Shown piece after piece: positions 19,967-29,810 of a stretch of 64,000 bases of DNA. The notes beneath the pieces are model-generated. The model was not told where the DNA came from, did not search any database, and saw only the letters and a list, made by a program, of their open reading frames with translations. Source of the stretch: Planctomycetota bacterium (GTDB lineage: Bacteria; Planctomycetota; UBA8108; SXIK01). Location: assembly GCA_965223845.1 (NCBI GenBank), contig CBDCXR010000004.1:3392001-3456000 (forward strand). Reading direction: 5' to 3'. Each line of letters starts with the position of its first letter. The stretch's first letter is position 1. The position numbers were made by a program, and so were the translations under genes.

Positions 19967-20823
19967 CGCCCGTTCTTCGGATCGGCCTCGGACGGGCCAG
20001 TATCTGCTTCGGCGGAATGGCGTTCGTCCGCCGCTCGATCGAACACTACGCCGAATTCGCTCGCGATGAGATCCGCGGCGCTCTGACGATCGGGAAGCGG
20101 CTGATCATCGACTAAGCGGCCGTCGCGGAGTCGAAGCACCCGATCGGCAGCCGCGGCAACGCGCGAGTCGTGAGTCACCATGACGATCGTTAGTCCCGTC
20201 TCGTCGACTAGCCGTCTCAGGACCCCGACGATCTGGTCGCCGTGCGAGGTGTCGAGATTCCCCGTCGGTTCGTCGGCGAGGAGGATCTTTGGCTCGATGA
20301 CGAGAGCTCTTGCGATCGCGACACGCTGCACCTCGCCACCAGAGAGCTCCGTCGGCGTATGATCGCAGCGCGCACCCAGGTCCATCTCCTCGAGAGCGCG
20401 CCGGGCGCGCGAGTGGGCATCGCTCTCAGAACACCCTGCGATGAGAAGGGGCAACGCCACGTTCTCCTCGGCCGTGAGCATGTCGACCAGATTGAAGCTC
20501 TGAAACACGAATCCGATCGTGTTTCGACGGAGCTCGGTGAGCTCGTGATCTCGCATCGATTCGAGGGGCTCGCCCCCCACTTTGACGTGACCGACCGCGA
20601 TCTCCTCGAGTCCACCGATGAGATGGAGGAGGGTGCTCTTCCCCGAACCCGAGGGTCCCATGACGGCGACGAACTCGCCGGAACGGACCGTCAAGTTGAC
20701 GTCCTGCAGCGCCTCGACCCGATTCGAATCCCGCCCGAAAGACTTCGAAAGCTCACGCACCTCGATCGCGGGCTCGTCGACCGCGAGTCCGCTGAGTTCA
20801 CCGCAGCGCTTCGGATCGCTCAT
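19963..20823 (-). CDS. ABC transporter ATP-binding protein (LolD/MacB-like)
   Basis: GPSGSGKS, LSGGEVQRVAIARAL, LLADEPTGNLD, VTHD; ATGA overlaps at both ends. Confidence 0.93.
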   Translation of the reverse strand: MSDPKRCGELSGLAVDEPAIEVRELSKSFGRDSNRVEALQDVNLTVRSGEFVAVMGPSGSGKSTLLHLIGGLEEIAVGHVKVGGEPLESMRDHELTELRRNTIGFVFQSFNLVDMLTAEENVALPLLIAGCSESDAHSRARRALEEMDLGARCDHTPTELSGGEVQRVAIARALVIEPKILLADEPTGNLDTSHGDQIVGVLRRLVDETGLTIVMVTHDSRVAAAADRVLRLRDGRLVDDQPLPDRQSAADLIASEFGVVFDRAADERHSAEADTGPSEADPKNGR

Positions 20824-21380
20824 GATCGACCTCGAAGTCTCTCTTCGCAGTGGTCGAGCCACTTCAGGTTGGCTTCGAGCCGGAGCGCGGAGAGATCGAG
20901 GAGCATCGCCGTCGCTTCGGCGATGCCCTTCGCGGGAACGCCCGTCGGAGAAGTCTCATCCGGTCGCCGGACGCTCGACTTCGCCCCGATGATCTCGTGA
21001 AGACGCGCCATGCAGGCTCGCCGTTCCGACTCGATGACGCGCAGTGGATCCGAACCCTCGAGCCGCCGTGCGATGACGAGCTTGAGAAAGGTCTCGTCGC
21101 GACGATCGATGGCGGTTTCGCTCGGGCGCCCGAGCCAACCTTTGAGCTCCTTCCGGCCGGCCCGCGTGATCTCGTACACCTTCTTGTCGGGCCGGACGTC
21201 CTGCCTCACGAGGGCGTGGGACACCATGCCGTCACGGCCGAGTCGATCGAGGCTCTTGTAGACCTGGCCGACGTTCAGATCCGCGCCGGGGACGAGCTCA
21301 TCTTCGTACGCGGTCTTGAGCTCGTACCCGTGACGCGGACCGTTCGCCAAGAGTCCGAGCATGGCGTGCTTGATCGACAT
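20820..21380 (-). CDS. PadR-family transcriptional regulator
   Basis: MSIKHAMLGLLANGPRHGYELK, GQVYKSLDRL, KKVYEITRAGRKEL. Confidence 0.92.
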   Translation of the reverse strand: MSIKHAMLGLLANGPRHGYELKTAYEDELVPGADLNVGQVYKSLDRLGRDGMVSHALVRQDVRPDKKVYEITRAGRKELKGWLGRPSETAIDRRDETFLKLVIARRLEGSDPLRVIESERRACMARLHEIIGAKSSVRRPDETSPTGVPAKGIAEATAMLLDLSALRLEANLKWLDHCEERLRGRS

Positions 21381-21498
21381 GGATCGCGCCCAAAGACCTA
21401 CGGATCGAGTCGTACGTACGAGAGACCGGCGACACCGACGAGGATGCGATACGGCCGCGCGCGCGGCCTCCGGGTCGCCCACTTGAATTCTCAGTATT

Positions 21499-21515
21499 TA
21501 GATACAGGGTATCTA
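21499..21515. promoter_or_regulatory. Probable PadR operator palindrome
   Basis: Perfect TAGATAC-AGG-GTATCTA in the AT-rich patch about 120 bp upstream of padR. Confidence 0.6.
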
Positions 21516-22068
21516 TCATCCTCACAGAGGTTCCACAAGCGAATTCCGTCGCCGCGACGATCGGATTCGCCCCGCCGCCGGAGGCGGCAGACCTCGCCGG
21601 GAACGTGCGCGCCACGGAGCCCGGGCGACGCTTCGACGCCGCCTGGCGTCGCTCTACGCGGCGGTCTCCGACGGCAGGGGTCCGATCTCAAACGCCTCCA
21701 CTGAACCATCGAGACTCGAACGAAGGATTTCGATGTCGAGCATCCCGTCTCGGACCGTCACGCTCTCCCCGACCACGACCGATCGACCACGCGGGACGCG
21801 GACGGGGCGACTCAGCGTTCGCGCAACCTCGAGGACGAGGTGTACGAGACTGTAGGCGGACCACCCGTTCGAGGTCAGCCCCAGCGACCGGCGACAACAG
21901 CTCGCACCATTCGGGTGCGATCTACGTCTTCGACATCGCTCCATAAGACACGAAAGTGCGAGCGAGCCGAAAGCGCCTGAGAACGACGCCCCGCGACGGA
22001 TCGGTCGAGACTGTCGTGGGGCCCGTCCCTTGTTAACATGACTCGCCGCCGTTCATTGCGAGGAACCC

Positions 22069-22767
22069 ATGCTCACCGTTCGACGAAGCGAAGACCGAGG
22101 CCGAGCGAGTTTCGGCTGGCTCGAAGCCCGTCACACGTTCTCCTTCGGATCGTACGTCGATCCCGACTGGAGTGGCTTTCGAAGCCTTCGCGTGATCAAC
22201 GAGGACCGCATCCAGCCGGGAACGGGCTTCGGGACCCACCCCCACCGCGACATGGAGATTCTCACCTACGTGATCGAGGGAGCGATCGAGCACAAAGACA
22301 GTCTCGGCAGCGGTTCTGTGCTCGTCCCCGGCGAACTCCAGCGAATGACCGCCGGCACTGGGATCTCGCACAGCGAATTCAATCCGTCTCCGGCCGAGCC
22401 GCTGCATCTGCTGCAGATTTGGGTCGAGCCGGAAACGAACTCGCTCGCTCCGAGCTACGATCAACGCGCGTTTCCCCTCGACGAGCAACGCGGCCGGTTC
22501 GTGCTCGTCGCGTCCCGCGACGGCCGTGAAGGCTCTCTCGTCGTTCACCAGGACGCCGCGCTCTTCGCCGGTCGTTTCGACCACGCAAGCTCCGTGCGGA
22601 CGGAGCTCGTCTCCGGGCGCCACGCGTGGATCCAAGTCGTCCGCGGCGAGGTCAGCGCAAACGGAACGTCTCTTCGTGCCGGCGACGGCGCCGCGGTGAG
22701 CGAGGAGCTGTCGATCGACCTCACCGCCGAAAGCGACGCCGAGGTATTGCTCTTCGACCTCGGCTGA
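22069..22767 (+). CDS. Pirin family protein (YhhW-like)
   Basis: HTFSFG, LRVINED, GFGTHPHRDMEILTYV, MTAGTGISHSE. Confidence 0.95.
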   Translation: MLTVRRSEDRGRASFGWLEARHTFSFGSYVDPDWSGFRSLRVINEDRIQPGTGFGTHPHRDMEILTYVIEGAIEHKDSLGSGSVLVPGELQRMTAGTGISHSEFNPSPAEPLHLLQIWVEPETNSLAPSYDQRAFPLDEQRGRFVLVASRDGREGSLVVHQDAALFAGRFDHASSVRTELVSGRHAWIQVVRGEVSANGTSLRAGDGAAVSEELSIDLTAESDAEVLLFDLG

Positions 22768-22775
22768 CGGCGATG

Positions 22776-23534
22776 CTAGGCGTCCGAGGGCGGCGCGACG
22801 ACGTTCTCGTGTTCGGCCATGAACTCTTCGAACGTGAGGTCGCTGTCCGCCGGAATCTCGATCTCGGCGACGTCGACACCGCGCCGCTCGAGGACAAAGA
22901 GCGCCCGCTTTCGGTGCGCTCGTCCCCCCTTCTCGAGATACTCGCGGTAGTACCGGATCACGTCCTCGTCGCTGTCGAGCACGTCGTGAAGCGAGCCCAA
23001 GTAGTAGTAGAAAGAGGCGTTGTTCGGCTCGATGCGAACGCAGGCCTCGAACTGCTCGATCGCCCGTTTCACTTCGTTGAGCTTCCAAAGCGTAAAGCCG
23101 AGCACCGCATGCGGACCCGAATAGCGCTCCTTCGGCATCACGTCGCACGCACGCTCGAGCTCCGCCTTCGCCTTCTCGAGCTCGCCCATGAGTAGGTACA
23201 CGCGACCCAGTTGGAAGTGATACTTCATATCGGTGGGCGCAAGTTCGATCGCCCGGTGAAGCGCTCGTTCCGCTTTGTGGTATTCCGTCTTCTCGAAGTG
23301 AATTCCGGCGATCGAATAGTGAAGGTCGTGGCGCTTCGGATAGAGCTCGGCCTCTTTGACGAGAACTTCGAGGCGCGAGTCCAGGATCGAGTTCTTGGAC
23401 TCCTCGGTGGGCAGCGAGTACCCGTTCTTCTCGAGGGTCGTCGTCCGGCAACCTCCGGCAAAGACGAGAGCGAAGAACGATCCGGCGACGAGGAGACGAC
23501 AGCTACGGCGGGAACGAGCGGCGGGACGGTGCAT
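22776..23534 (-). CDS. TPR-repeat lipoprotein
   Basis: Lipobox FAGGC; TPR patterns (AIELAPTD...YHFQLGRVY; RIEPNNASFYYYLG). Confidence 0.8.
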   Translation of the reverse strand: MHRPAARSRRSCRLLVAGSFFALVFAGGCRTTTLEKNGYSLPTEESKNSILDSRLEVLVKEAELYPKRHDLHYSIAGIHFEKTEYHKAERALHRAIELAPTDMKYHFQLGRVYLLMGELEKAKAELERACDVMPKERYSGPHAVLGFTLWKLNEVKRAIEQFEACVRIEPNNASFYYYLGSLHDVLDSDEDVIRYYREYLEKGGRAHRKRALFVLERRGVDVAEIEIPADSDLTFEEFMAEHENVVAPPSDA

Positions 23535-23779
23535 GCAAGGATCTCCTGGTCCGGTATCCACCGGGTTCGGTACGGCCGAAAAGAACGATGCGTTCACTTA
23601 CCACTTCGGCCGTACCTCAGTTCGAGTTGACCGGAAACTCGCGGACGAGCGGCACATCGGGATCCGCTCGCGGCGCACGCGACGACCCGCTCGTCGCACG
23701 CCTTCGTCCATCGGTTCGGCGAGCGCGTTCCCGTAACATCCGACTCCACGTGATCGCGCTCGAGTCGACACGGGGGAGG

Positions 23780-24367
23780 CTACTCCGAGAACTCGTCCTC
23801 GAGATCTCGGACTTGCGGGCAGTCGTGAAGAACGTGCTTCACGTCCGTCATCAACACGGCGTACTCGTCGAAGCGATCCGACAGGCGCCTGAAAGTATCG
23901 CGCGCTTCGACGTCGAACAGCCGCGCCGTCTCGGCGGCGCGGCCGTACGCGTTGCTCCCCTCGGCGAGGTAGTAGTCGCTCGGACGCGTGAAGCGGACGA
24001 ACACGCGGCCGACGCGCGAAACGAGAGGCGCCTCGGCGGAATACTTCGCCGCCTGCAGTGCGCCGGGAAAGAAGCTAACCATGAACAGCGTGAAATCGCC
24101 GATGAAGCGATCCACCTCGAGTCGACGCTCGGGCCCCTCGGGCTGCGCCGACGCGTGCAACATCTCCGGGAGCTCCTGGAGCGGCGTGCCCGCGGAATCC
24201 TTGAGACGCTGAAGCGCGTCCATGCGCGTGAATTCGCCGAGGATCCCCTCCGCCAGGTGCTGAGCGACGCCCGGCGAATAGAGCTCCGTTCGCCGCTGGA
24301 ACTCCCGGTGGAGAGCCGCGCGAAACAGAGTGTTCAGCGATTCAGAGTCCGCATTGATTCCGGGCAC
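23780..24367 (-). CDS. Conserved hypothetical all-alpha protein
   Basis: AAGGAGG RBS, GTG start; RFIGDFTLF...FFP...DYY...GSNAY pattern. Confidence 0.7.
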   Translation of the reverse strand: MPGINADSESLNTLFRAALHREFQRRTELYSPGVAQHLAEGILGEFTRMDALQRLKDSAGTPLQELPEMLHASAQPEGPERRLEVDRFIGDFTLFMVSFFPGALQAAKYSAEAPLVSRVGRVFVRFTRPSDYYLAEGSNAYGRAAETARLFDVEARDTFRRLSDRFDEYAVLMTDVKHVLHDCPQVRDLEDEFSE

Positions 24368-24562
24368 GGTGACGCCACCTCCTTCATCGGGACGCAGATG
24401 GGACGGTGCCAGCCTCTACATCAATTCTTCCCCACGGAACCGAGGCGCGCCAGTGATCGAGCGGGCCGAACTTCGTAACTTAATTCTGATAAAGAGCTAA
24501 CAACATCGGGCGACGAGCCCCGATGCGCCGCGGCGAGACGCCGTTCACGCGTCCGGCGTCGA

Positions 24563-26527
24563 TCACCGCACGACCTCGACCGACTCGATCCGATCCCCCG
24601 GCGCAAGATCGTCGACGACGCGCATCCCGAGGACGACGCGACCGATTCGAGAGGCCGCGCGGAGCCGTGGACGCGGGACGAGCGCGATCCAGAGCTCGCC
24701 GGCGGTGGTCACCGGTACGCCCGGCGCGACGAACGGGACGAAGAGGGAGCCGCGCAGGATCGGTTCGTGGACGCGCGCGGCGGGAAGCGGCTCGGCCGCG
24801 AGGGGAAAGTCCGCCGACACCGCGGGCGCGGTGACCTCGATCCCGCTCCGCCAGTCCGCCGAGACGAGCTCGCGCCCTTCGAAGTATCCCGTCTCGGCGA
24901 GAAGAACTAGAGCCGAGGCGTGGAACGGCGCGGCCGCAGCATCGAACTCGACGACGAACTCTCGATCGTCACGGAGGCGAACTACCGCACGGGGATGGCG
25001 GTGCCGATAGTCGAGCCGCCGGCGAAGGAGCGGCACCGGAAACGTGCCGCGGGAAAAGACCGAGGGATCGAGCGACGCGCGTTCTCCGAGCCAATTCGCC
25101 GCCGCGAGACGAACCGGCCAGCTCAGGTCGCTGAGGAGTCCCCTGACGAAAACTCGATGCGCGTCCGAACGCTCGAGTCGAGTGACGGCAATCGCGCGAG
25201 CCTGCCAGTCGTCAACGGTGCCGGAGCGGAGGATGGCGCGCGCGGCTTCCCGCTCGAGCTCCTCTCGCGATCGAGCGGCCGCGTGGAGCGCGTCGGCGCG
25301 CGCCGACGCGTCGGCACGGCGAATGAGCTGGCGTGCTTCGTCTGGCGTCCGCACGCGCGCGGAACGAACCGCGCTCCGGCGAACCGCACCGGCCGGATCG
25401 TCGAACGCCCACGCGAGCGGCTCCTCGAGCGGACCCGCGAGCTCGACCGCCGCGACGCGTTCGTGTGCTCGCGTCGACTCGCGCAGCTCGGCGAACCACT
25501 CGCGCGCGAGGTTCGTCCCGAGCGGCCACGGATCCCGAGCGCCTCCGATTCGGGCGACCAGCCCGCGCACGAGCGAATCGCGGTGGCGATCGCTTCCCTC
25601 GCGCGCCAACTCGTCGAGCGCAGCGGCCTCGGACAGCACTTGTGGCAGCGCGACGGCCGCCGCGCGAGAGAGCGCCGCGGGCGCGTCTTCAGCCCGGATC
25701 ACCGCGGTGAGAACGTCACTCGCGAGCATTCGAATCTGCTCGTCGCCTTCGCTCGCGCGAACCGCCCTCACGAGAGCCTCGATCGCTGCGGCGCGACGCG
25801 CCCAAAACCGCCCCCCCGCGGCGACGGCCGCGACGCGCGCCACGTCGTCCGGCGCTGGCGCGGTCGTCGGCCACGGCGCGATGCCGAACACCGCAACGAG
25901 AAAGTTTCGGTCCGCGAGCGCCGCGAGCGGATCGCCGGCGAGCCCGAGCGCCGCGTACCACCAGCGGACGCGTTCGTCCTCCTCGCGAGTGAAGCGCGCC
26001 CGGCCGTCGGCGGGTCCGCGCCCGAGCTCGAGAGCTCGGCGCAAGGCAGCGCGGCGGACCTCGGCCGCGGCATCGTCGAGGTGCGACGCGAGGTCTTCGA
26101 TCGTTTGCCGCGCCTCCGCGGCCGCCGCTCGGACGACGACGTCCTCGTCCGTGGCCGCCCGGTCGATGGCTCTCCGCGCCGCCGGCTCGGTGCAGTCGCG
26201 CAGCGCGCGAACGATCGCCGCGCGTACGTTCGCATCCGTCTCGCGCACGAGCACGCCACCGATCGCGGTCTGGACGTCGCAGGCGAGCTCGCCGAGCGCT
26301 TGCGCCGCACGGGCGCGCACCGCGGCGCTCGGGTCGTCGAGGTAGGAGACGACATCGGCGCCGCCGATCGCGCCCCACTCGCGGAGCTCGACTTCGCGAA
26401 AGCTCGCCTCCTCCTCGCCGATCGTCGGGCCATCGGGCGTCGTGGGCGACTCGCGGCATGCGGACAGGAGAACGAGGCCGACGAGTCCGATCGTCGACGA
26501 ACGCGTTCGATCACGTCGGGCCATCAC
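24563..26527 (-). CDS. HEAT-repeat lipoprotein with degenerate C-terminal cyclophilin-like domain
   Basis: Lipobox LLSAC; HEAT repeats; AP...LAETGYFEG...GRVVLGMRVVDDLAPGDRI. Confidence 0.75.
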   Translation of the reverse strand: MMARRDRTRSSTIGLVGLVLLSACRESPTTPDGPTIGEEEASFREVELREWGAIGGADVVSYLDDPSAAVRARAAQALGELACDVQTAIGGVLVRETDANVRAAIVRALRDCTEPAARRAIDRAATDEDVVVRAAAAEARQTIEDLASHLDDAAAEVRRAALRRALELGRGPADGRARFTREEDERVRWWYAALGLAGDPLAALADRNFLVAVFGIAPWPTTAPAPDDVARVAAVAAGGRFWARRAAAIEALVRAVRASEGDEQIRMLASDVLTAVIRAEDAPAALSRAAAVALPQVLSEAAALDELAREGSDRHRDSLVRGLVARIGGARDPWPLGTNLAREWFAELRESTRAHERVAAVELAGPLEEPLAWAFDDPAGAVRRSAVRSARVRTPDEARQLIRRADASARADALHAAARSREELEREAARAILRSGTVDDWQARAIAVTRLERSDAHRVFVRGLLSDLSWPVRLAAANWLGERASLDPSVFSRGTFPVPLLRRRLDYRHRHPRAVVRLRDDREFVVEFDAAAAPFHASALVLLAETGYFEGRELVSADWRSGIEVTAPAVSADFPLAAEPLPAARVHEPILRGSLFVPFVAPGVPVTTAGELWIALVPRPRLRAASRIGRVVLGMRVVDDLAPGDRIESVEVVR

Positions 26528-26994
26528 GCTCTCTTCTTCCCGTCCGCGCTCCCCTCACCCCCAACGAGCTTCTCGATCGCGTCCGCCGAGTAAAATCGGC
26601 CGCTACCGACTCCCGGACACTCGGCGCCGACCTCGTTCCACGCGGATTCCGACTGGAGGTTCTCGGGCCAGAACGGATAGGTCCTGCACTGCGCGGGGCG
26701 CGCCGCGTAGACCGTGCAGCCGTGGTCGTAGAACACGCAGTCGAAGTTCGGCTTCTCGACGAGCGAGTAGCGCCGCCCGACCTTTCGCAGATACTTCCTC
26801 CCGAAAGCGTCGAGCTCGAGACCGAGATGGGATGCGAGCGCGCGCACCTCGTCCTCCCCCACCCACACGTAGCCGGGCGCGCCAGTGCAGCAGCGACCGC
26901 ACTGGGTACACTCGAAGTGGAGGCCGCCTCGGTACCAGCGCCGATCGTCCACCGAGTCGTGCGAGCGGGGATCACGGCAATCGGGCTTCGACAT
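26524..26994 (-). CDS. YkgJ-family cysteine-cluster (Zn/Fe-S) protein
   Basis: CTQCGRCC, DCVF, CTVYAARPAQCRTYPFW, ECPG. Confidence 0.9.
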   Translation of the reverse strand: MSKPDCRDPRSHDSVDDRRWYRGGLHFECTQCGRCCTGAPGYVWVGEDEVRALASHLGLELDAFGRKYLRKVGRRYSLVEKPNFDCVFYDHGCTVYAARPAQCRTYPFWPENLQSESAWNEVGAECPGVGSGRFYSADAIEKLVGGEGSADGKKRA

Positions 26995-27138
26995 ATCGAC
27001 TCATACGTCCGAGGGGGCGGTTCACGGAGCGAGGCCGCACGTCCTCTCGATATGCCGGAACGCGCGCGCGAATGCAACGAAGCACGGTCCCGGACCAACT
27101 CGTTGACGTTTTCTCGAGCGCTCATAGAATCTCAGGCC

Positions 27139-27606
27139 ATGGCTCCACTGCCGGCGAAAGCACTGGTGAACCGCGGACTCCTGACGGCACTCGCCGCGAT
27201 GGTCTGTGCGTCGGCGAGCGGCTGCCTCACACGGACTCTCCAGGTCCGCTCCACGCCCCCGGGCGCCGCGGTCTACATCGGAGGAGAGGAAGTCGGAGTC
27301 ACTCCGTACGACCACGAGTTCCACACCTACGGCACGCTGGACGTCGAGCTTCGCAAACCGGGCTACCGCGCGGCTCACGTCGAGAAGCGCCTTCCGATTC
27401 CGTGGTACGAGCACTTTCCGCTCGACTTCGTGAGCGAGTTTCTCGTCCCGTGGCCGATTCACGATGAGCACGAGCTCGCGGTCGAACTGGAACGATACCC
27501 CCCCGATCGAGGCGCCGAGCAGACAGTTCTCGATCGCGACGAACGCGCCGCGATCGGAGACCGGATCCGCGCGCTCCGCGAGAGCCTGAGCAGCGACGAC
27601 TCGTAG
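27139..27606 (+). CDS. PEGA-domain lipoprotein
   Basis: Lipobox ASGC; VRSTPPGAAVYIGGEEVGVTP. Confidence 0.85.
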   Translation: MAPLPAKALVNRGLLTALAAMVCASASGCLTRTLQVRSTPPGAAVYIGGEEVGVTPYDHEFHTYGTLDVELRKPGYRAAHVEKRLPIPWYEHFPLDFVSEFLVPWPIHDEHELAVELERYPPDRGAEQTVLDRDERAAIGDRIRALRESLSSDDS

Positions 27607-27662
27607 GTCCGGGGATCGCGCGGGTCCGGACGAACGAGCTCTTCTCGAGACTCCGAACCGCC

Positions 27663-29072
27663 ATGTTCCACCGGGAGATCGACCCCCTCGAGTCCTTCCG
27701 CGGCCGCAAGGTCACGGTGATGGGACTAGGTCTTTTCGGCGGCGGGCGAGGCGTCACCGAGTTTCTCTGCGAGCGAGGTGCGGTCGTCACCGTGACGGAT
27801 CGCCGCCCCCCCGAAGACCTCGCCGAGGCCGTGGCCGCCCTCGAGCATCTCCCGATCCGCTGGCGGCTCGGACGACACGAGGAGGCCGACTTTCGGGACG
27901 CCGATCTCGTCGTGCCGAGTCCCGCCGTGCCGCGCGACGCCCAGCTCCTCGCCGGCTGCCGGCGCCGGGGAGTCCCACTCGACACCGAGATGAATCTCTT
28001 CTTCAAGTACTGTCGCGGTCGCATTTGCGGAGTGACGGGAACGAACGGGAAGACGACGACGACGAGCCTCCTCGGACGGATTCTCTCGGCCGAGTGGCCG
28101 AGCACTCGGGTCGGCGGAAACCTCGGGTGCTCGCTTCTCCCTCGGGTAACGACAATCCGCCCGGAGGACTGGATCGTGCTCGAGCTCTCGAGCTTCCAGC
28201 TCGAGGATCTCGCCCCGCTCGCACGCCGTCCCGAGGTCAGCGTCGTGACGAACGTGTCGCGGAACCATCTCGACCGACACGGCACCTACTCCGCTTACTG
28301 CCTTTCGAAGCGCGAGATCCTTCGTCCGGGGCCGCATCCGAATGTCGCGGTCTTGAACGCCGAGGACGCTGCCGTCCGCTCCTGGGAAACGTCGCGCGAC
28401 GTCGTCTACTTCGGCCGCACGGGGAGTGTACGTCCGCGTGCGTCCGGCGTTTGGGCGGACAGCGAGACCGGCGAAGTGCGCCTGCGAGACCGCGGGGGCG
28501 ACGAGACGCCGCTCTTCGTTCGCGACGACCTCGTGCTTCCCGGGACCTTCAATCTTCTGAACGCGGCCGCGGCCGCCGCGGCTGCAGCGAGCATCGGAGT
28601 TTCGGCGGAACGCATTTGCAGTTCGATTCGATCGTTCGAAACGGTCGAACACCGACTCGAGCCGTTTCACTCGGCCGGCGGAGTGCGCTATCTCAACGAT
28701 TCGATCGCGACGACGCCGGAATCGACGGTCGCGGCGCTCGAGGCTCTCCCGGGCGGTATCGTGCTCATTTGTGGTGGAGCCGCGGGAGGGGAGCGATCGT
28801 ATCGACGACTCGGACTAGCGATCGCTCGGCGAACGCGCGCGACGATTCTGATCGGTGAAACCGCAGACGAGATCGAGCGCGAGATTCCACGCCGACCGGG
28901 TGGACCGATGATCGCGCGAGCCGAGAATCTCGAGACCGCGGTGCGCGCCGCGAACGCGGCCGCTCGCCCGGGTGACGCCATCGTTCTCTCGCCGGCGGCG
29001 GCGAGCTACGACATGTTCGTGAACTTCGAAGCGCGCGGACGGCGCTTCAAGGAGCTCGCTCGCGGGCGGTGA
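27663..29072 (+). CDS. murD: UDP-N-acetylmuramoyl-L-alanine--D-glutamate ligase
   Basis: GVTGTNGKTTT, LELSSFQL, NHLDRH, EHRLE, NDSIAT, SPAAASYDMFVNFEARG. Confidence 0.95.
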   Translation: MFHREIDPLESFRGRKVTVMGLGLFGGGRGVTEFLCERGAVVTVTDRRPPEDLAEAVAALEHLPIRWRLGRHEEADFRDADLVVPSPAVPRDAQLLAGCRRRGVPLDTEMNLFFKYCRGRICGVTGTNGKTTTTSLLGRILSAEWPSTRVGGNLGCSLLPRVTTIRPEDWIVLELSSFQLEDLAPLARRPEVSVVTNVSRNHLDRHGTYSAYCLSKREILRPGPHPNVAVLNAEDAAVRSWETSRDVVYFGRTGSVRPRASGVWADSETGEVRLRDRGGDETPLFVRDDLVLPGTFNLLNAAAAAAAAASIGVSAERICSSIRSFETVEHRLEPFHSAGGVRYLNDSIATTPESTVAALEALPGGIVLICGGAAGGERSYRRLGLAIARRTRATILIGETADEIEREIPRRPGGPMIARAENLETAVRAANAAARPGDAIVLSPAAASYDMFVNFEARGRRFKELARGR

Positions 29073-29390
29073 GGCCGTCACGCGCGGGAATCGCTCCGCG
29101 CTGGGAATCTGTCCACGAGGGAGACGATTCCTCGCACGAGCGCGGCGCGAAAAATGCGCACGAGGGCGTCGCGCGAGAACCGTCGGGCGCCTGGCGGCTC
29201 GGTGCAGCGAGGTCGTGCGCGCCGAGCCGCCGCGACGCAACCGCATTTTCAGCAACGATTTAGGTCGATTCGACTCGCGCTCGGCCGCGCTCTCGCTCGC
29301 GCATCCTCGCATCGGCTCGACGCGCGGTGCCGGTCGATCCGGCACGGAGGTTGGAACAACGATGTCATAACCCTTTCGGAGACATCGCTC

Positions 29391-29522
29391 ATGTCTGACT
29401 CCAATCACCGCGAATCGAGCCGGATCTTCATTCTCACGCTGACCGGAACCGATCTCGTGTACTGCACCGAATCGAACTCGATCGTCTCGGTCGTTCCCGT
29501 CGAAATCCGTCAGCCGAAGTAA
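29391..29522 (+). CDS. Possible 43-aa small protein
   Basis: GGAGA RBS before ATG; typical codon usage; -24/-12-like motif upstream. Confidence 0.4.
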   Translation: MSDSNHRESSRIFILTLTGTDLVYCTESNSIVSVVPVEIRQPK

Positions 29523-29810
29523 CCGCACCGCGACGCAAGTCGCGCCGGGGTACGCGCGCGAACGTAACTAAATCGCGCGCGCAGCAGCTCGAGCCTTCGG
29601 CCGGCCGAGGAATCTCGTCCGGCGCGGGCGACTCCTTCGGCCGCTCTCTCGTCCGCGGGCGCGCGCCCTGCGGTCGCGGCGGCGGTCGCGTCCGGAACGG
29701 AACGTGCGCGCTCGGCGCGAGCCTCCCGCGCGAAACCGCCTCCTCGACGGCGCCCGCCGACGGCGGCGGCACGCCGATTCCGCGAGGGCAGATCGCGCCC
29801 CCTTAGCGGA

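Noticed and set aside
24390-24455. Sigma54 promoter for the 23780 gene (TGGCAC and TGGCGC on the minus strand)
   Set aside because: No GC at the required 10-nt spacing.
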